Shown in pieces: positions 1 to 14,967 of a stretch of 64,000 nt of DNA. This stretch comes from Chrysomallon squamiferum. Its lineage: Eukaryota > Animalia > Mollusca. Every line of letters begins with the position of its first letter. The stretch's first letter is position 1. The position numbers and the translations under genes are program-made. The stretch lies in the NCBI GenBank assembly GCA_012295275.1, contig CM022672.1:10106001-10170000 (forward strand). Reading direction: 5' to 3'. Below the pieces are notes generated by a model. That model had not been told where the DNA came from. It saw only the letters and a list, made by a program, of their open reading frames with translations, and searched no databases.

Positions 1-445
1 TTTTTTTTCTTTCTTTTCTTTTCATTACAACGGATGCATTAATTTTTTGTAGCAAACTGCTGTGCATGTAATTAATTTTTAGAAATAAATACTTTTAACC
101 TCAACGATGATGTTTCAGGTAATTTGTGGAGGGGTTTTTTTTGGTTTGACTTTTACTCTTATAATTTAAAGATCTATTTCTGGGTGCATCTCTTTCTGTT
201 TGTAAGCCGATTCTCTGTTATTTAGTTGTTTTTTTTATTAATTAATTAATTAATTAATTTAGTTATTTTATTTTATTTTATTTTTTGCTGATGCTTTCTT
301 CATTTCTGTTTGCGTCTTACGCACACATACAAATACGGACACATACACGAGTAATTATACATTTACACATAAACACATATGTTTGTTGTCTCTATATCAT
401 TCTGTCTCTCTCTATACCCGTTTCATTTTTCTCTGTCTCTGCCCT

Positions 446-528
<83 letters not shown>

Positions 529-1313
529 CTCTCTGACTCTCTCTCTATATCCCTCTCTATCTCTCTATCTCTCTCTTTGTCTTTCTATCTATCTATCTAT
601 CTACCTCTCTACGTTTCTTGTTTTCTCTCTCTTTCTGTATTTGCATTTCACTTCGATTGTTTCCTCTCTCCGCCTTCCTTAAAGATGCGCAGTAGAAACC
701 CGTTACGTAAAAACTTGGATCTTAGAAAAAACAATAAACATTTTAGATCGAAGTTGTTGATGCAAAGAACGTCAACAGATCAATAATTCTTCTCTTTTTT
801 GTAGTTGTATTTTCTGTCACCTATTCCCTCTGGTACTTAATTAGTCCTGTATATGTCACGGACATTAACGTTTTGTTGATTTAATTTCCTGGGCCAGTTG
901 TAGCTTGACAGGAATGTAAATTCTGCAGCGGAGTGCTTCTCGACTCCCGGCGCAGTAATTTTTGCAGAGCCGATGCGATGTACAGAATATTTCTCTATTT
1001 CTTCTCGTTGTACCGATTTTTGCTGCATCTCGAAACGCTGTGCATGTGTGGTAATTTGCAACCCGACACACAGGCCAAAATATTTATATAACTGATTTAT
1101 CTGTGTCTAAGATACTTACATGCGACGTACATGCTTTTAATGGGTTTATAGAGGACTAATATGTGTGTTACTTCTATCTACAGGTCAGTAAACCTCTTCG
1201 ATCTTTCAGGCTAGGACTAAAGCAAGGTTAATAAGTCCGTGCCCTGTTAGAAAATAAATATATTTGCTCTTAGTCGAGAAAGTGAAGATACAGCTTTACA
1301 AACACAGACGCAG

Positions 1314-1347
<34 letters not shown>

Positions 1348-1940
1348 ATATATACGAAAATAAAAAACTAATATATTTAATAACTGAATCGTTTTTGTAC
1401 AGATTAATATATGTGGATATCATTAATAATAAGAAGAATGAGAAGAAGAAGAAGAAGAAGAAGAAGAAGAAGAAGAAGAAGAAGAAGAAGAAGAAAGAAA
1501 GAAAATAAGAAAAAGAACATAAACATGAAAATGAAGAAATACAAGAACCATGCTCATTTTTTCAATCACATTGCGTTTATTTCTTTCTCTCATTTTCTGT
1601 TTTTGTATATATTTTTTTTCTCTCACCGTTTACCTGTTTTAAATTTTGTTAAAAAATGTTTTGAATTGTAAACAAGCATCTTATTTCTATGTTTTGTTTG
1701 TTATTATTATTACGTTGTTGTTTTGGTTTTTTGTTGTTGTTTTTTTTTTTCTTTAGCATACCAAAAATATTTTAATAATAAGGTATATATATATAACAGT
1801 TCATTACTGAAATAACGTTATATTTTATGTTTAGGTTCTCACTAATCATTCAAGACAAAAATAATAATAATAACTAGATAGGGTTTAAATTTATATATAT
1901 ATATATAAATTGGTTTTGTAAAGTGTATTTATCTTGAACA

Positions 1941-2373
1941 AATTATTTTAACGCCTTTGGCTGAAGTTACAGCCTTTATCAACTACTTCAGCTCGTGCTG
2001 CCTAGCCAAGTCGACTACATGCACACCTCGCTCATGTTTTTCTGTGGTTTTATGCTTAAATTCAATGGACATCATCCGCTTCTTCTTCTCAGCACTGTCC
2101 TTTGCACTCACTTTCTTATGATCCATGGCCAAGAAAGAAATCTGGCAAAATACTGCACAAAACAGAGATAGTTCCGCGGCGAGGTAAACATGTGAAGTAA
2201 ATGAGTGAGACGCGGGATGCTGGCCGGATGTTATGTTGTTCGTTGCAACAACTAGCGGAGGCATTACCGAAACTCGCTCGTAACTCGCAACTGAAAGCTT
2301 AAAATCGACCAGGCGACTGCTCGTGACTCGAAAAACTCATAGGTTGGGGCACTCGTAAGTCGAGGCACCACAG
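1941..2373 (-). mobile_element. Truncated Tigger/pogo-family DNA transposon (one terminus plus decayed 5' part of the transposase)
   Basis: The minus strand from ATG 2126 reads MDHKKVSAKDSAEKKKRMMSIEFKHKTTEKHERGVHVVDLARQHELK*, then continues in frame past the stop as LIKAVTSAKGVKII. This matches the N-terminal CENP-B-type HTH region of Tigger transposases as I recall it. Bases 2352-2373 (ctcgtaagtcgaggcaccacag) resemble the reverse complement of a Tigger-type TIR (CAGTGGTACCTCGACTTACGAG-like) and are followed by TA/(TA)n. No second TIR is seen. Confidence 0.85.
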
Positions 2374-2390
2374 TATATATATATATATCG

Positions 2391-2571
2391 TTCTGGTATT
2401 TACTTCGATCTAAAATTAAATAAAAATGTGTAAGATGTTTACTTTAAAACTGCCATACTTCAGCTAAATATTAACAGTTACAAAAAATCCAATTCTGGTA
2501 TTTCCTTCGATCTAAAACTGAATAACATGAGCAAGGTTTTTAATCTAAAATTACCATACAGCTGCAGCTAA
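2391..2571. repeat. Degenerate ~100-bp tandem duplication
   Basis: ttctggtatttacttcgatctaaaa...ccatac...cagctaa at ~2391 recurs as ttctggtatttccttcgatctaaaa...ccatac...cagctaa at ~2493. Confidence 0.7.
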
Positions 2572-3104
2572 CCAGAGAATTATTTAAACCACCCTCGACC
2601 AATGCAACGTGTTAACAAAATGTATTCTCTTCCACTCCGCGTTTAATAATTCAGAAATAATTTAGCAGTATCCTTTACGATTAAAAGTGCCTCTGTGAAT
2701 CAGATTGCCACTTATTATTAAACCCAGCATAGGTTATGGCTTCCAGTTACGAATATTTAATTAAAACTGACGCATGTTAAAGTGAACTAATCTTATCAGT
2801 CTTAGTGAGCGATAAACTGATTCACTTTTCTGTTTACAGGTTGTTTGTGGCGCTTTTCGTATTCAGTAATGGTTTTGAAATGGGCCCAGGTAGGCGAGTT
2901 CTCGCGATGCTGGCTTCGGGAGCTAATGTATAAATTGTTCATTTCCCTCTTTGTCAGCGGTTACGTAACAGGTTTTGACAGAATGATGGATCTTCGCAGC
3001 TGTCGGATTCGTTACCTCGGGGAGTCTGAAATGCAAGACATTTAGCATTTCTAGAGTCGCATAACTGTCGTTCTAATGCTGTGTTACAATCATAGTGTTG
3101 GATG

Positions 3105-3138
<34 letters not shown>

Positions 3139-5711
3139 AAAACAATGTCAGAATAGAAATAATGAAATTGTAATAAATAATTATTACAATTATTACTTTA
3201 ATAATAGAAGTAATAATAATAATAATAATAATAATAATCATTATCATTATCATCAACATTAATAATTACGATTATTTATTAGTTATTATTATTATTACTA
3301 TTATTATTGTTGTGTTACTGATGTGTAATTATTGTGTAATTACTGATGTTACTGTTATTGTTATGGTGGTAATATATATGTATTAATTCGATACAAATGT
3401 ATTAAATCTGAGAGAGAAACAGAGAGAGAGAGAGAGAGATTATTTCAGTTTGAAACGAAATATACATTTCCGATGATGAAGTATTGATCATCAGATTTTT
3501 TTTTTTTTTTTTTTAATTTGTTAAAGAAGATTATGACTGACGTAACTTCGTAACCTTTACCTATAAAGAAGATTGAAATATATTTTTTAAATATGCACCC
3601 CATGTTTACTTTTCTATATTTATAATAACACATATTTATGAACTATGTAACTGTCTGTACGTGGGAGTTTGTGTAAATGTTTGCATTCTCTTCACATCTT
3701 GCAATATTTCGCCAGAAACAAATCGAGTCATACAAGTTAAAAAAAAAAAAAAAAAAAAAAATTCATTCCTCGATCATAGCAAGCTATAATTAAATATACA
3801 AACACATGAATAAATTACTTATAGACGTATTAGTGAACGGTTTATCCCCTCACTCTCTTGACCTACTTGACACTTCGGTGCCGTTTCTTAACGAAAAATC
3901 GTACGCGTCGAAATAATTGCCAGTTAGGTGGCCAATCTGGTACGCAAACATCCGTTCGGTTACGAAAATTAATAACGATTCAGATGAGAACGTTCTTGAT
4001 AACAATGCAAACGTGACGCGTTTTGTTCGCAGACGTTTGTGCACGCACGAACGCCCTTACTCTTTCCTCAATGAAAGATTCCCCCCCCCGTCAAAAAAAG
4101 AGGACACGCAAAGCTGGGTCATTAAAAAGTAAGCCGTTTCGTATTCTCGATGACATGAAAACATTGTCTCGCGTTCTGTGTTGTTGTTTTTTTAATCTTT
4201 TTTCACCCATATTCTGTCATGAAGGAAAATTAATACGCCTGTCACTTCTACTCCATCGACGGAAAAACACTCCACATTTTATCTGCCTGCAGTTTGCTGC
4301 TAGTAATCGATGGAAGAAAAATATAAATGAAAGAAAAAATAAGTAGCAAAAAAACAACGAATGAAATTGCTGGACTACATAAAAAAAAAAAAAAAAAAAA
4401 AAAAATTAAATTCCTTTTTGTCGAAAATATATTTTTTTCTTCTAAAATATGCGAAGAGAAAAATAATACTCGCGTCATAATGCGACTGCAAGTTACAAAT
4501 CGAAGTAAGTTGGAAGAAGATAGGATAAATCTGCGAAAAGCCAATTTGCACGACTGGTAATTTGTAAAATGTTCTAAAGAGACGGAATTGGACCCGCTAA
4601 GCAGAATATCGAGTTAATTACTTCCCTGGGAAACCTGTCTTTTATGTGTGTCGTCTCACCCGTTGGATGTTTTCCGCTCTTGTTCAGCTGAATACGAGAG
4701 AATTTAATGAAACCTCAAAAAAGGAGCATTCAGATGTGTTTTCCAATAAAATAATAACTTTGTTCGTTGTTATCTGTTGTAAACGTCTTGATAGCAAAAC
4801 TAGGACACATTATATATTCCGTTTGCATTTAATTAAACATTTTCAAGTTACTTATCAATATGGTACAAATTAGCATATGGTGCGAAGTAATTATTATATT
4901 TGAATGTGTTACTTTTTAAATAATAATGATAATAATTTTAAATAATAATAATAATAATAACTACTCTGTTTATCAAGAACACATTATAAATTATCTTTAA
5001 TTATAAATTATTTCTAAATACAATAGCGGTATGGTCATTAAATATAGGTTCATTTTATATATATACATATATATATACATACACACACATATATATATAC
5101 ACACACACACATACATACATACATACATACATACATACATACATACATACATACATAGAGAGAGAGAGATAGACGGACGGACAAATGGACAGACAGACAG
5201 AGAGATACCATTATCTTTACTTTTCAGTTAATATAATTATATGTATTTGTGGGTGTGTTTGTCTGTAATAAACTATTTGGCGATAAACCAGAGCATTTTA
5301 TATGCTTTGTCTTTTCATAAACATCAGTTTTCTACTTCTCTGTCAATATGAATCCAATAATGTTAGTTATATCATATACAGATGCAATCTTTAATCTTGA
5401 TATCTCTTCTTTTCAGTATATATAATAAACCATTTGGACGACAAACCAGAATACATTATATACGTCGTTTTCAAATAAACGTTTAACAGTTCATCTGTAA
5501 ATACGAAACCAATATCGTTATTATATTAATATAAACGTTATCTACAAGTTTGATACGTTATTTATCAGTTATTACTGCCTGCAAGCCAAGTCACGTTAAG
5601 TATCACATATATAAGCAATTAGAAATTTGTATATTTTTTGCATATATTATCTTCACATGTAACTTTTATCTTCTATTTTTCTTGAATATTATTATTATTA
5701 TTAATATTATT

Positions 5712-5804
<93 letters not shown>

Positions 5805-6666
5805 TTGAAGCATTTGGTAGGAAACAAGCGCCCATAAATACGTAATCTTGACGTTATCTTCACGTAATCTTTACGTAAGTATAAAACTGTACGTTACCTG
5901 TAGCTGTAATGCCAGTGTTATCGTAACACCATAGAGCATGGACGAAAGTTATATCTAATGACGATATCTACTTTCAAAAGATTCTCGTGTTAGGCCAGAG
6001 TATATTATAATTATTTGTTTATGTTCTTGATGATAATGTTTTTATGCTAAGGTGAATTTTATTAGGCGACTTGGAATTTTGACTGATTTGCAATTATATC
6101 CTATGTTGAGACAATAAGGTATTTTACCAGTATGTCTCACATAGATTTATATAATCAACACGACATACACACACTCACGGACACACAAAAAGACACAGAT
6201 GTAAATAGCACAGATATACGTGTGTATGTCAGTACAACTTAACCTTCTGATATCTGGCCTGCAGAATCTCCTCACCAACCCCGTAAAGCAATATTGAATA
6301 CGCACATGAAATATTTATATATATATACAACTGCAAATATTACATTTTTCATCTAGTACACCTTAGCCACTTTGTCTAGTGTATACACAGACAACATCCA
6401 ATCTGTTTGATCAAATACGTCAAACTCGGATCCGTCTGTCGACACTCTGTTGTTCCAGCAGAATATCACATTAACGTCGATGTAATGAGATAAAATTCGT
6501 CTATGTGTCCGGAAGGAATAATATACAAATTACACTCTATCAAGCAGATTGTTCCGATAAGTAGCGTTATTTCCATAGTTATTAGTCCATCGGTAATGTT
6601 TTATTTTAATACGTCTTGTTAACCCACATATCAACATGCAGATGTTGTTTGCATAAATAAATTATT

Positions 6667-6794
<128 letters not shown>

Positions 6795-7273
6795 GGCGCA
6801 GGGGCTGGAGGATTGTCTAGTATAACTCAACAATAAAAAATCAACTACAAGACTGCTGTTGTAATATTCAGACCAAATTAAATATTATATATAAGCATCT
6901 GTGTGTATTATATATTCACACACACACACACAAAAAAAAATAGAGATATACATACTTATTTATACCTATGTTGCATCTTCGATAACAAAAATTAAAAAAA
7001 AAAAAACATTTCTCACTTCTTTAATACAGTTCATTTACAAAAATATCAACTTAGCCTAACTACATGTATTATATATCACAGTGACATCTCGACATATACG
7101 TAAAAAATTTAATATCTGGAGACAAATATGTATGTTCATCTACGTATGTATTATGTATGTATGTATGTATGTATGTATGTATGTGTGTGTATGTCTTGGG
7201 TATGTGTATGTGTATATGTATGTGTATATCTGTATATATGTATATATGTATATATGTATATACGGATATATGC

Positions 7274-7340
<67 letters not shown>

Positions 7341-8631
7341 CATGTATATATGTACTGTCACCTTGCCAGTGCTAAAACTATTCGTTTTTATGTCTAAGGA
7401 TTTAGAAGATTGTGATAATGAAATATATAGATCCACTAGACAAATAACACATCAACAAGAGTGCAGTTTCAGTTATTTATTTATATACAGGACATGTTTT
7501 GTAATAACACAAAATATATATAAAATAAAATAAACGCAACCAAATTATTTACGGTTTTGTGGGAAACCTGAGTTAAAGTAATTAAAGACGGAATCGGTGA
7601 CGGGAGAACCAAGTTATTACGTTAATATAAATCAAAATTTTATATATATATATATATACACGCACATTTATTAAACAATAGGCTGTTAATGACACACAAA
7701 AACAACAAACAAGGGAGATCAGTATCTTACCAGATCCCGCTCTCAAACGCTTGTCAAAGAAAGGCCAAAGTTTAGCCGCCCGCTTGTCGCTTCTCTAAGC
7801 CCGTAGACATAAAATTCGTGCGGACATCGGTGAAAATGAAAGAGAAAATGTTTTTTGTATGGGTGTATGTAGTTATGTGATTTTTATGTGTGAACGCATG
7901 TGCCTATGTTTGTATGTGTACGTATATGTGTATTTGTGTTTGTATATATGAATGTGTGACTGAATGAACAGAAATATCCATCTAGGCGTAAAACGTGCGG
8001 AGCTGAAATCAATATTTTGAGCTGCTTAAAATCTACGTTGTTTTAAGTGAAGCACATATATACGTCGTAACTTTCGCCTCACCTGTTAATTCGGTCAGTG
8101 TGATCTTCGTTACCTAATTACTTAAACCCCGTAATCGCCTTTCGAGGGAACAAAGTTATTTTAATATCGTTTACAGATGAATTTATTTACACATGCTTAA
8201 TCCGCATCACTTGGTATACCTGTAATGAAATTATGACGAAGAGATATTATAATTGTTTTTTTTTTTTTTTTTTTTTTTTTTACCTATGTATACGAATACT
8301 GTTAACAGTCTTAGTATACAGCGCCACCTGTTAACATTTCCGTGAAAAGAACGTCTATTTTTGTTCATTTTCGATGGATATTAAAGTAATACCTTAATAA
8401 GTTTACAGTTTGTCTGGGATCATACAAATAAATCAAGTTAAATGTAATTTAATTTGAAGGAATCATTTTAGCTGGGATAATATAATAGTAATAAAGTCAT
8501 CTTACTGACAGCCATATAAAAATAGGAAGTGCGTGGATATTGCATACCGAAGTAATTAGAGAGAGAGAGACTGGCAGACACACAGACAGACAGAAAGAGA
8601 GAGAGAGAGTTAATGAGAGAGAGAGAGAGAG

Positions 8632-8798
<167 letters not shown>

Positions 8799-9416
8799 TT
8801 AATGAGAGAAAAACTGACTGAATGACCGAGAGACAGACAAAGCAATATAGAGGATGAGAGAGATAAAGAAATAAGGGAATTAGAGAAAAAAAAACGTCAA
8901 GAGAGAGAATAATGTTATAAGAGAAAATGAGAAACAGAAAGAAATACAGAAATACAGATTTAGTCAATATAATCCATTACTTAACTTCTTTTTTGATTGA
9001 AGAACAAGAGAATTGTGTAGGTAGTTTTTTTTTTTTTTTTTTTGTAATAACCTGTTACATCCACTCCATTGCTTTTGTTCATCGCCATATTTTAGTAATG
9101 ACTTTTCTTGATATGTGTATTTTGGAATCCATTAATAATGAGTTCCACGAAATACACATCTTCCTTTATTTTCATAACCTGTATTGATCTCACCATGAGC
9201 ATGATACAGAGATAATGATCTGTGAGGATTTGGAATTTGACTGTCCTGGTATCAAATAAGACTAACGCTATGCGTTCACTGTGTACCAGAAAATCTTTAA
9301 GAAGAAATGTGACAAACTGATATCTCAGAAAAGTAACCATCAAAAATGTCTAAAGTACAACACATTAGAATTTTCTATTTTTGCGTCAGGAATAGACTGA
9401 AACAAAATTGAGTTAA

Positions 9417-9454
<38 letters not shown>

Positions 9455-9732
9455 AAAGAGAGAGAGAGAAGAGAGAGATGAAAGAGAAGACACAGAGACA
9501 AAGAGAAAGATAATGAGACAAGGAGAGAGAGGTAGATATAGACAGAGACAAATACAAACAGAGCAAGCTGAATAAAAAGAAAGAGAGAGAACAAAGATGG
9601 AGAAGAGAGGAAGGGGGAAGGGGAACTAGAAAGATGTGGAAAGATTTAGAGAGTATGTAGATAGATAGATAGGTAGATAGATAGATATATGTAGATATAG
9701 ATACATATGTGTGTGTGTGTATATATATATAT

Positions 9733-9779
<47 letters not shown>

Positions 9780-9812
9780 TATGTTGATATGTGTAGATAT
9801 ATGGGTATGCGT

Positions 9813-9848
<36 letters not shown>

Positions 9849-10220
9849 GTGTGTGACAGATGATTGTAGGTTGAAACTAATAATTTTACCAGTGATTTAC
9901 CAATTTTTGCTTAGCTACATTATCATCTTATTAATGAGTTATCATTACAAATGAATGTATTTTCTATCCATTGCGGAATCGATAGTTCGTTCTATTAGGA
10001 TTCACTGACCCTGGTAATGAAGGAGAAAAAGACCCCTTGTAATTGTTAGTTAATTAGAACAATATATTTTGAATGTAAAGACCATTAGATAATTAACAAC
10101 AATTCAGACGAGACCTGGTTTTATTTTTCCATTAGTGGTGAAATAATTGGTTCTATTTTCTTTAGTGCTGTAATAGTGCATTCATGTATTTCTTTGGCGA
10201 ATAAAATTTAAAAAAAAAAT

Positions 10221-10263
<43 letters not shown>

Positions 10264-12289
10264 GGAAGTAGAAAAAGAAAAATCAATAAATTAAAGTTCT
10301 TTTAAAAATTGAAATTAATATAACTTTCACGAAACGGAAATTTTAAATCTATTATCGTGTGTAGAGGTTATATATTTTTCTTCGTCTAAATCTTGTCTAA
10401 TTTTTTTTTTGTTTTTTATGTGCAAAAGTCTGCATGTTATTTGTTTAATAAGATTTTCTCGGTGGCTCGAAGTGTAAATAAATATAATTAATTTAGATCT
10501 GCAGGTTTTGTTATTTCTGCATCAAAATAAGCTCAGATGAGCAAATCATGAACATTTTATTAGTATTTTAGAAAAGCTCAACGTGCAGGCATTACTCGTA
10601 AAGCGTCACGGAATAAAAGTATACATGTACTCTTTTTGTCTCAGTTAACCCGTACGTTTAAATATTCATATTCCGTCTCTCTCTCTGTCTGTTTGTTTGT
10701 CTGTCTATCTGTATGTATGTATGTTTGTTTGTTTGAATGTATGTATATATGTATGTTTGTGTGTATGTATCTATGTATAACCAGTTGTCTATCCAATCTA
10801 TCTATGTAACTATATTTATTTATCTTTCTCTATCTGCCATTTTATCTACCTTTTGTTATTGTTATTATTGTTTTGTTATTATTTGTATTATTATTTGTAT
10901 TATTGATATTGCTGTTGCCTTTATTAGTATAGTGTTTTGTTGGTTGTTGTTATTATTATAGTGTTTTGTTGTTGTTATTGTTGTTAGATAATAAACTTGC
11001 TTTAGGTGTCTGTTTCAAAGACTACTTTATCAAATAGTTTTAATTATATCTCCAAAATTTGTTTTATTAATCACTCACAGACATATAAACACGACTTCGG
11101 TCACTACGTCCAGTTTGTACTCTGCAATTAGACATTACAGTCTACTGACGGTCAGAGTAGAATAATAAAACATATAAGACTGATCATGCATTATGCATCA
11201 GATTAGCCAGAGAGCTTCAGTTTGTCCATAATTCCTACAGATTTATTTTGGATTTGGTTTTCTTCTGAGAAATTTGATCCCTCTGTCTGTTTGGTTATGT
11301 CTTTGTGTGAACAGTGATTTAGAGACTGGATATGATTAATCAGATAGTGCAAAGAGAACAGGAAGAAGAAATACAAGAAGAAGATGAAGAAGAAGAAGAA
11401 ACAAAGAAAAAAAAAGAGAGAGAAAAAAATGGGGTAAAAATAAAGAAAACCTAGAAAAAGGAACTAAAAAAAAAAAGTTAGGAAGAAAGAAGCAGCAGAA
11501 AAAAAAAAAAAAAAAATAAGACGGAAAGAGGAAATAAATCAGATAAGAAATTTAAGAAGAAGAATAAAAACAAGAGATAAAAGAAAAGGTTGAAGAGAAA
11601 TAACAAGAAAGAAAACCAGATGTTTGTCAAAATGAAACAAACACGAACAACAACAATCACAAGCTCAAGCTTCGGGACTTGCCCAGGTAATCTAAAAACG
11701 TGCAAGCTCAAAAGTGACAGAATCTCGTTGGATTCTGTTTTGATTTAATTAATTGCTTAGACAAGAACACCCACTAAACGTTTCCACGTGAACATCAGGC
11801 TGTTGTTTTTTCTTCCAATTCCATATCGGCTCGTTCGAAGTTGCTGCTAAATGCTGTTTATGAATGTTAAGATAAGTGCCCATCAAGGACATTTTGTAAC
11901 TCGTTGAGAAAACGAGTCTTGTTGTGGCGTCTGATTTCTTGACTAAATGATCCAGCTATCATGAAAATTGCCACATATCTCATACTAACAGTCTCTTACT
12001 TTTTGACACTGGCGTTAGTGGCTAATCTTTTATTTATAGGGATGGTATTTATTATATGTATTGTCCGTATAATTATTTGCTCGTGTATTACGGTGTGTGG
12101 CTCTGGATATCAGTTCAGTTGTTTGTTTGTTTGTTTGTTTGTTACTGGCCCTAAATGGTGTTGTGGTTAACCTGTTAGGTTTATGATCGGTAGGTACAAA
12201 GATCGGATCTTGATGCAAGACATCCAAAGGTAACAATGGCATATGATAATGTGCAAAGACAAATGCCAAAGATACATTATTCAGAAATA

Positions 12290-12699
12290 GAGACGATATA
12301 ATATCCACAGAAAACAGAGAATAGATATTATGCCCAGATGTAACAGAGGAAGATATAATATCCAGTGTTACCTGAGGAAGATATAACATCCAGAGCTGAG
12401 TAAGATATATGATCCAGAGCTGACTGAGTAAGATATAATAACCAGAGTTATCTAAGGAATATGTAATACCCAGTGCTAACTGAGGAAGATATAGCATCCA
12501 GAGTTACATGAGAAAGATATAATATCCAGAGCTAGCTGAGGAAGATATAATATCCAGAACTAACAGAGGAAGATATAATATCCAAACCTAACAGAGGAAG
12601 GTATAATATCCAGAACTAACTGAGGAAGATATAATATCCAGAACTAACAGAGGAAGATATAATATCCAGAGCTGACAGAGGAAGATATAATATCCAGAG
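12290..12699. repeat. 28-bp minisatellite, roughly 14 copies
   Basis: The unit GAGGAAGATATAATATCCAGAACTAAC(A/T) repeats head-to-tail. Copies are diverged at the left end and near-identical at the right end. Confidence 0.92.
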
Positions 12700-12965
12700 G
12701 TTCAAAAATATTCATGTTCTTTTAAAGATATCACAGAAAAAAAGACACTAGAAACTTTAACATGTTCCCAGATTTGTAAACAGCGTTTAACAAAAACAAA
12801 AGAAATTAATTAATCAATTAATTATTTAGAAAGGACGTTATTAAAAATATCATAAATACTCATGGTTATCAAAACTGACAGGTCGTCAATATTCTTGTAA
12901 TTATTTATAATTAATTAGTGCAATAGAAGCACCTATCTACATTAGGTACATAATAATTATAAATA

Positions 12966-13035
<70 letters not shown>

Positions 13036-13705
13036 GTGTGTATACAATTAAAGTCATTTCGTATGTGTTTAGCATACAAATAAACTGTAATAGGTCACTT
13101 TTTGTTTCTACAAAAGCTTTATATTAATACTTTTAATTTCTGATTCTTCTTGTTATTGTTATTATTTATTTATTTATTTATTTATACAAAACTGATTAGC
13201 TTTATTGATCTATACGTACTTTCACTGTTTCTATATATAATAATAACATTTTGAAAGTTTAACTTAAATTTAGCAATAGAAGTAGAAATAGCAATAATAA
13301 TAATAATAATAATAATAAACAGTATCAGTAATAGTAATAATAACAATATCAATGATCTTAATAGTATTACTAGTAGTTATATATAAGTAATACAGTGGCA
13401 TGAATGTAGAGGCGATGTGACTAACAAGATTAATGATGATTATCATGAATTAGCTAAGCTTTTCTTTGTTTCTAACTGTAACCTAAATCTGCAGCTTGGA
13501 CTGTCTGTGTTGGACGATACGTCGCTGTAAATGTCGCTGTACTTCGTGTGTTTGCAGTCAGTATTAACTCTATCGTGGCTGGAAGCCATTAACACAAGTC
13601 TGAGCTATCCATCAAATTCGTTTTATCTGTCGTTAAGTTTGAGTCGTCTTCTAGCTACCATTGTCAGTTTCATTCACATCCCGTGTTTTCTGTGTGCTCA
13701 TTGTA

Positions 13706-13803
<98 letters not shown>

Positions 13804-14319
13804 AATAATTATTTCTCTCTTATGATTTATCAATCTCCCCGTCACCTATATATATATATATACACATTCACACAGTATATAAACAGATATAAACACATTT
13901 ATATGCATACACACATATATATACAGACAAACATATATTCATACATGCATACATACATACATACATACATACATACATACATACATACATACATACATGC
14001 ATAGATAGATGCATATATTCAAACGATCATATACACACAAACAGGAAGATAGGTACATGAAATTACTAAATTTGTGAATCGATCGTCATAACACTGAAAG
14101 ATGTTTTTTCGAATAAAGTTATCTTTCACATACTCGTGTTGCGTGGGCGGTTAATTCCACTTGCTACAGATAAAATATTATTATTAAAAAAATCTCCTGT
14201 TGTAAGTAGCTACATTCAGTTATTAATGTCTGTTATAAGTGGTTCTGTATAATTCATTAGTGTAAATGTGTATTGTTCTATGTATGAGATAGAGAGAGAG
14301 GGGGCGAGGGAGAGAGAGA

Positions 14320-14419
<100 letters not shown>

Positions 14420-14967
14420 GTAATAAATATCAACCAGAGAAACAATTTCATTTTCATCCTAACCTTTTTTTCTGACTAAAACGATCATTTCTCTCGACTT
14501 TATTTGATAAACTCTCTCACTCTCTCTCTTTTTTTTTTTCACTTTCATTCACAGACAACATATAACACAGAGATCCTAATGGACATGAGTATTTGTGTAA
14601 AACAAATAGAGGAAGAAAACCAGCAGTGGAGCTGCCTCTTCACGTGTAAGTGTGTTAGCGCCCCGGGAGACCACTGCCAGCCTCCATCAGTAATCAGAAC
14701 AAAATCCAGTCAAATAAGATTAATAAAGTGTGCCAAGAGAGCAATTTCATAGTTCGGATTCCACGTTTATTCCGGCAGCAAATGATTTTTGTACTGGTCT
14801 GACTGGGTTCGTTGGTGTGGCATAAACAGTTATGTCATTCAAATTGCAGAGGAAATCATGTTTTATTGATAGCATTTAAATTGACGATATATATTTTTTT
14901 TTCCAGGTCTTTGTTGTTCGTACTGTAGAACCGTTAAGAAAATCGTATTTTACTGGCTGCAGTTACA

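Noticed and set aside
12030-12699. The 28-bp array as a CRISPR array, or the 155-aa minus-strand ORF across it as a gene
   Set aside because: The units are contiguous with no unique spacers, there are no cas genes and the context is eukaryotic. The period is not a multiple of 3, so the ORF is incidental.
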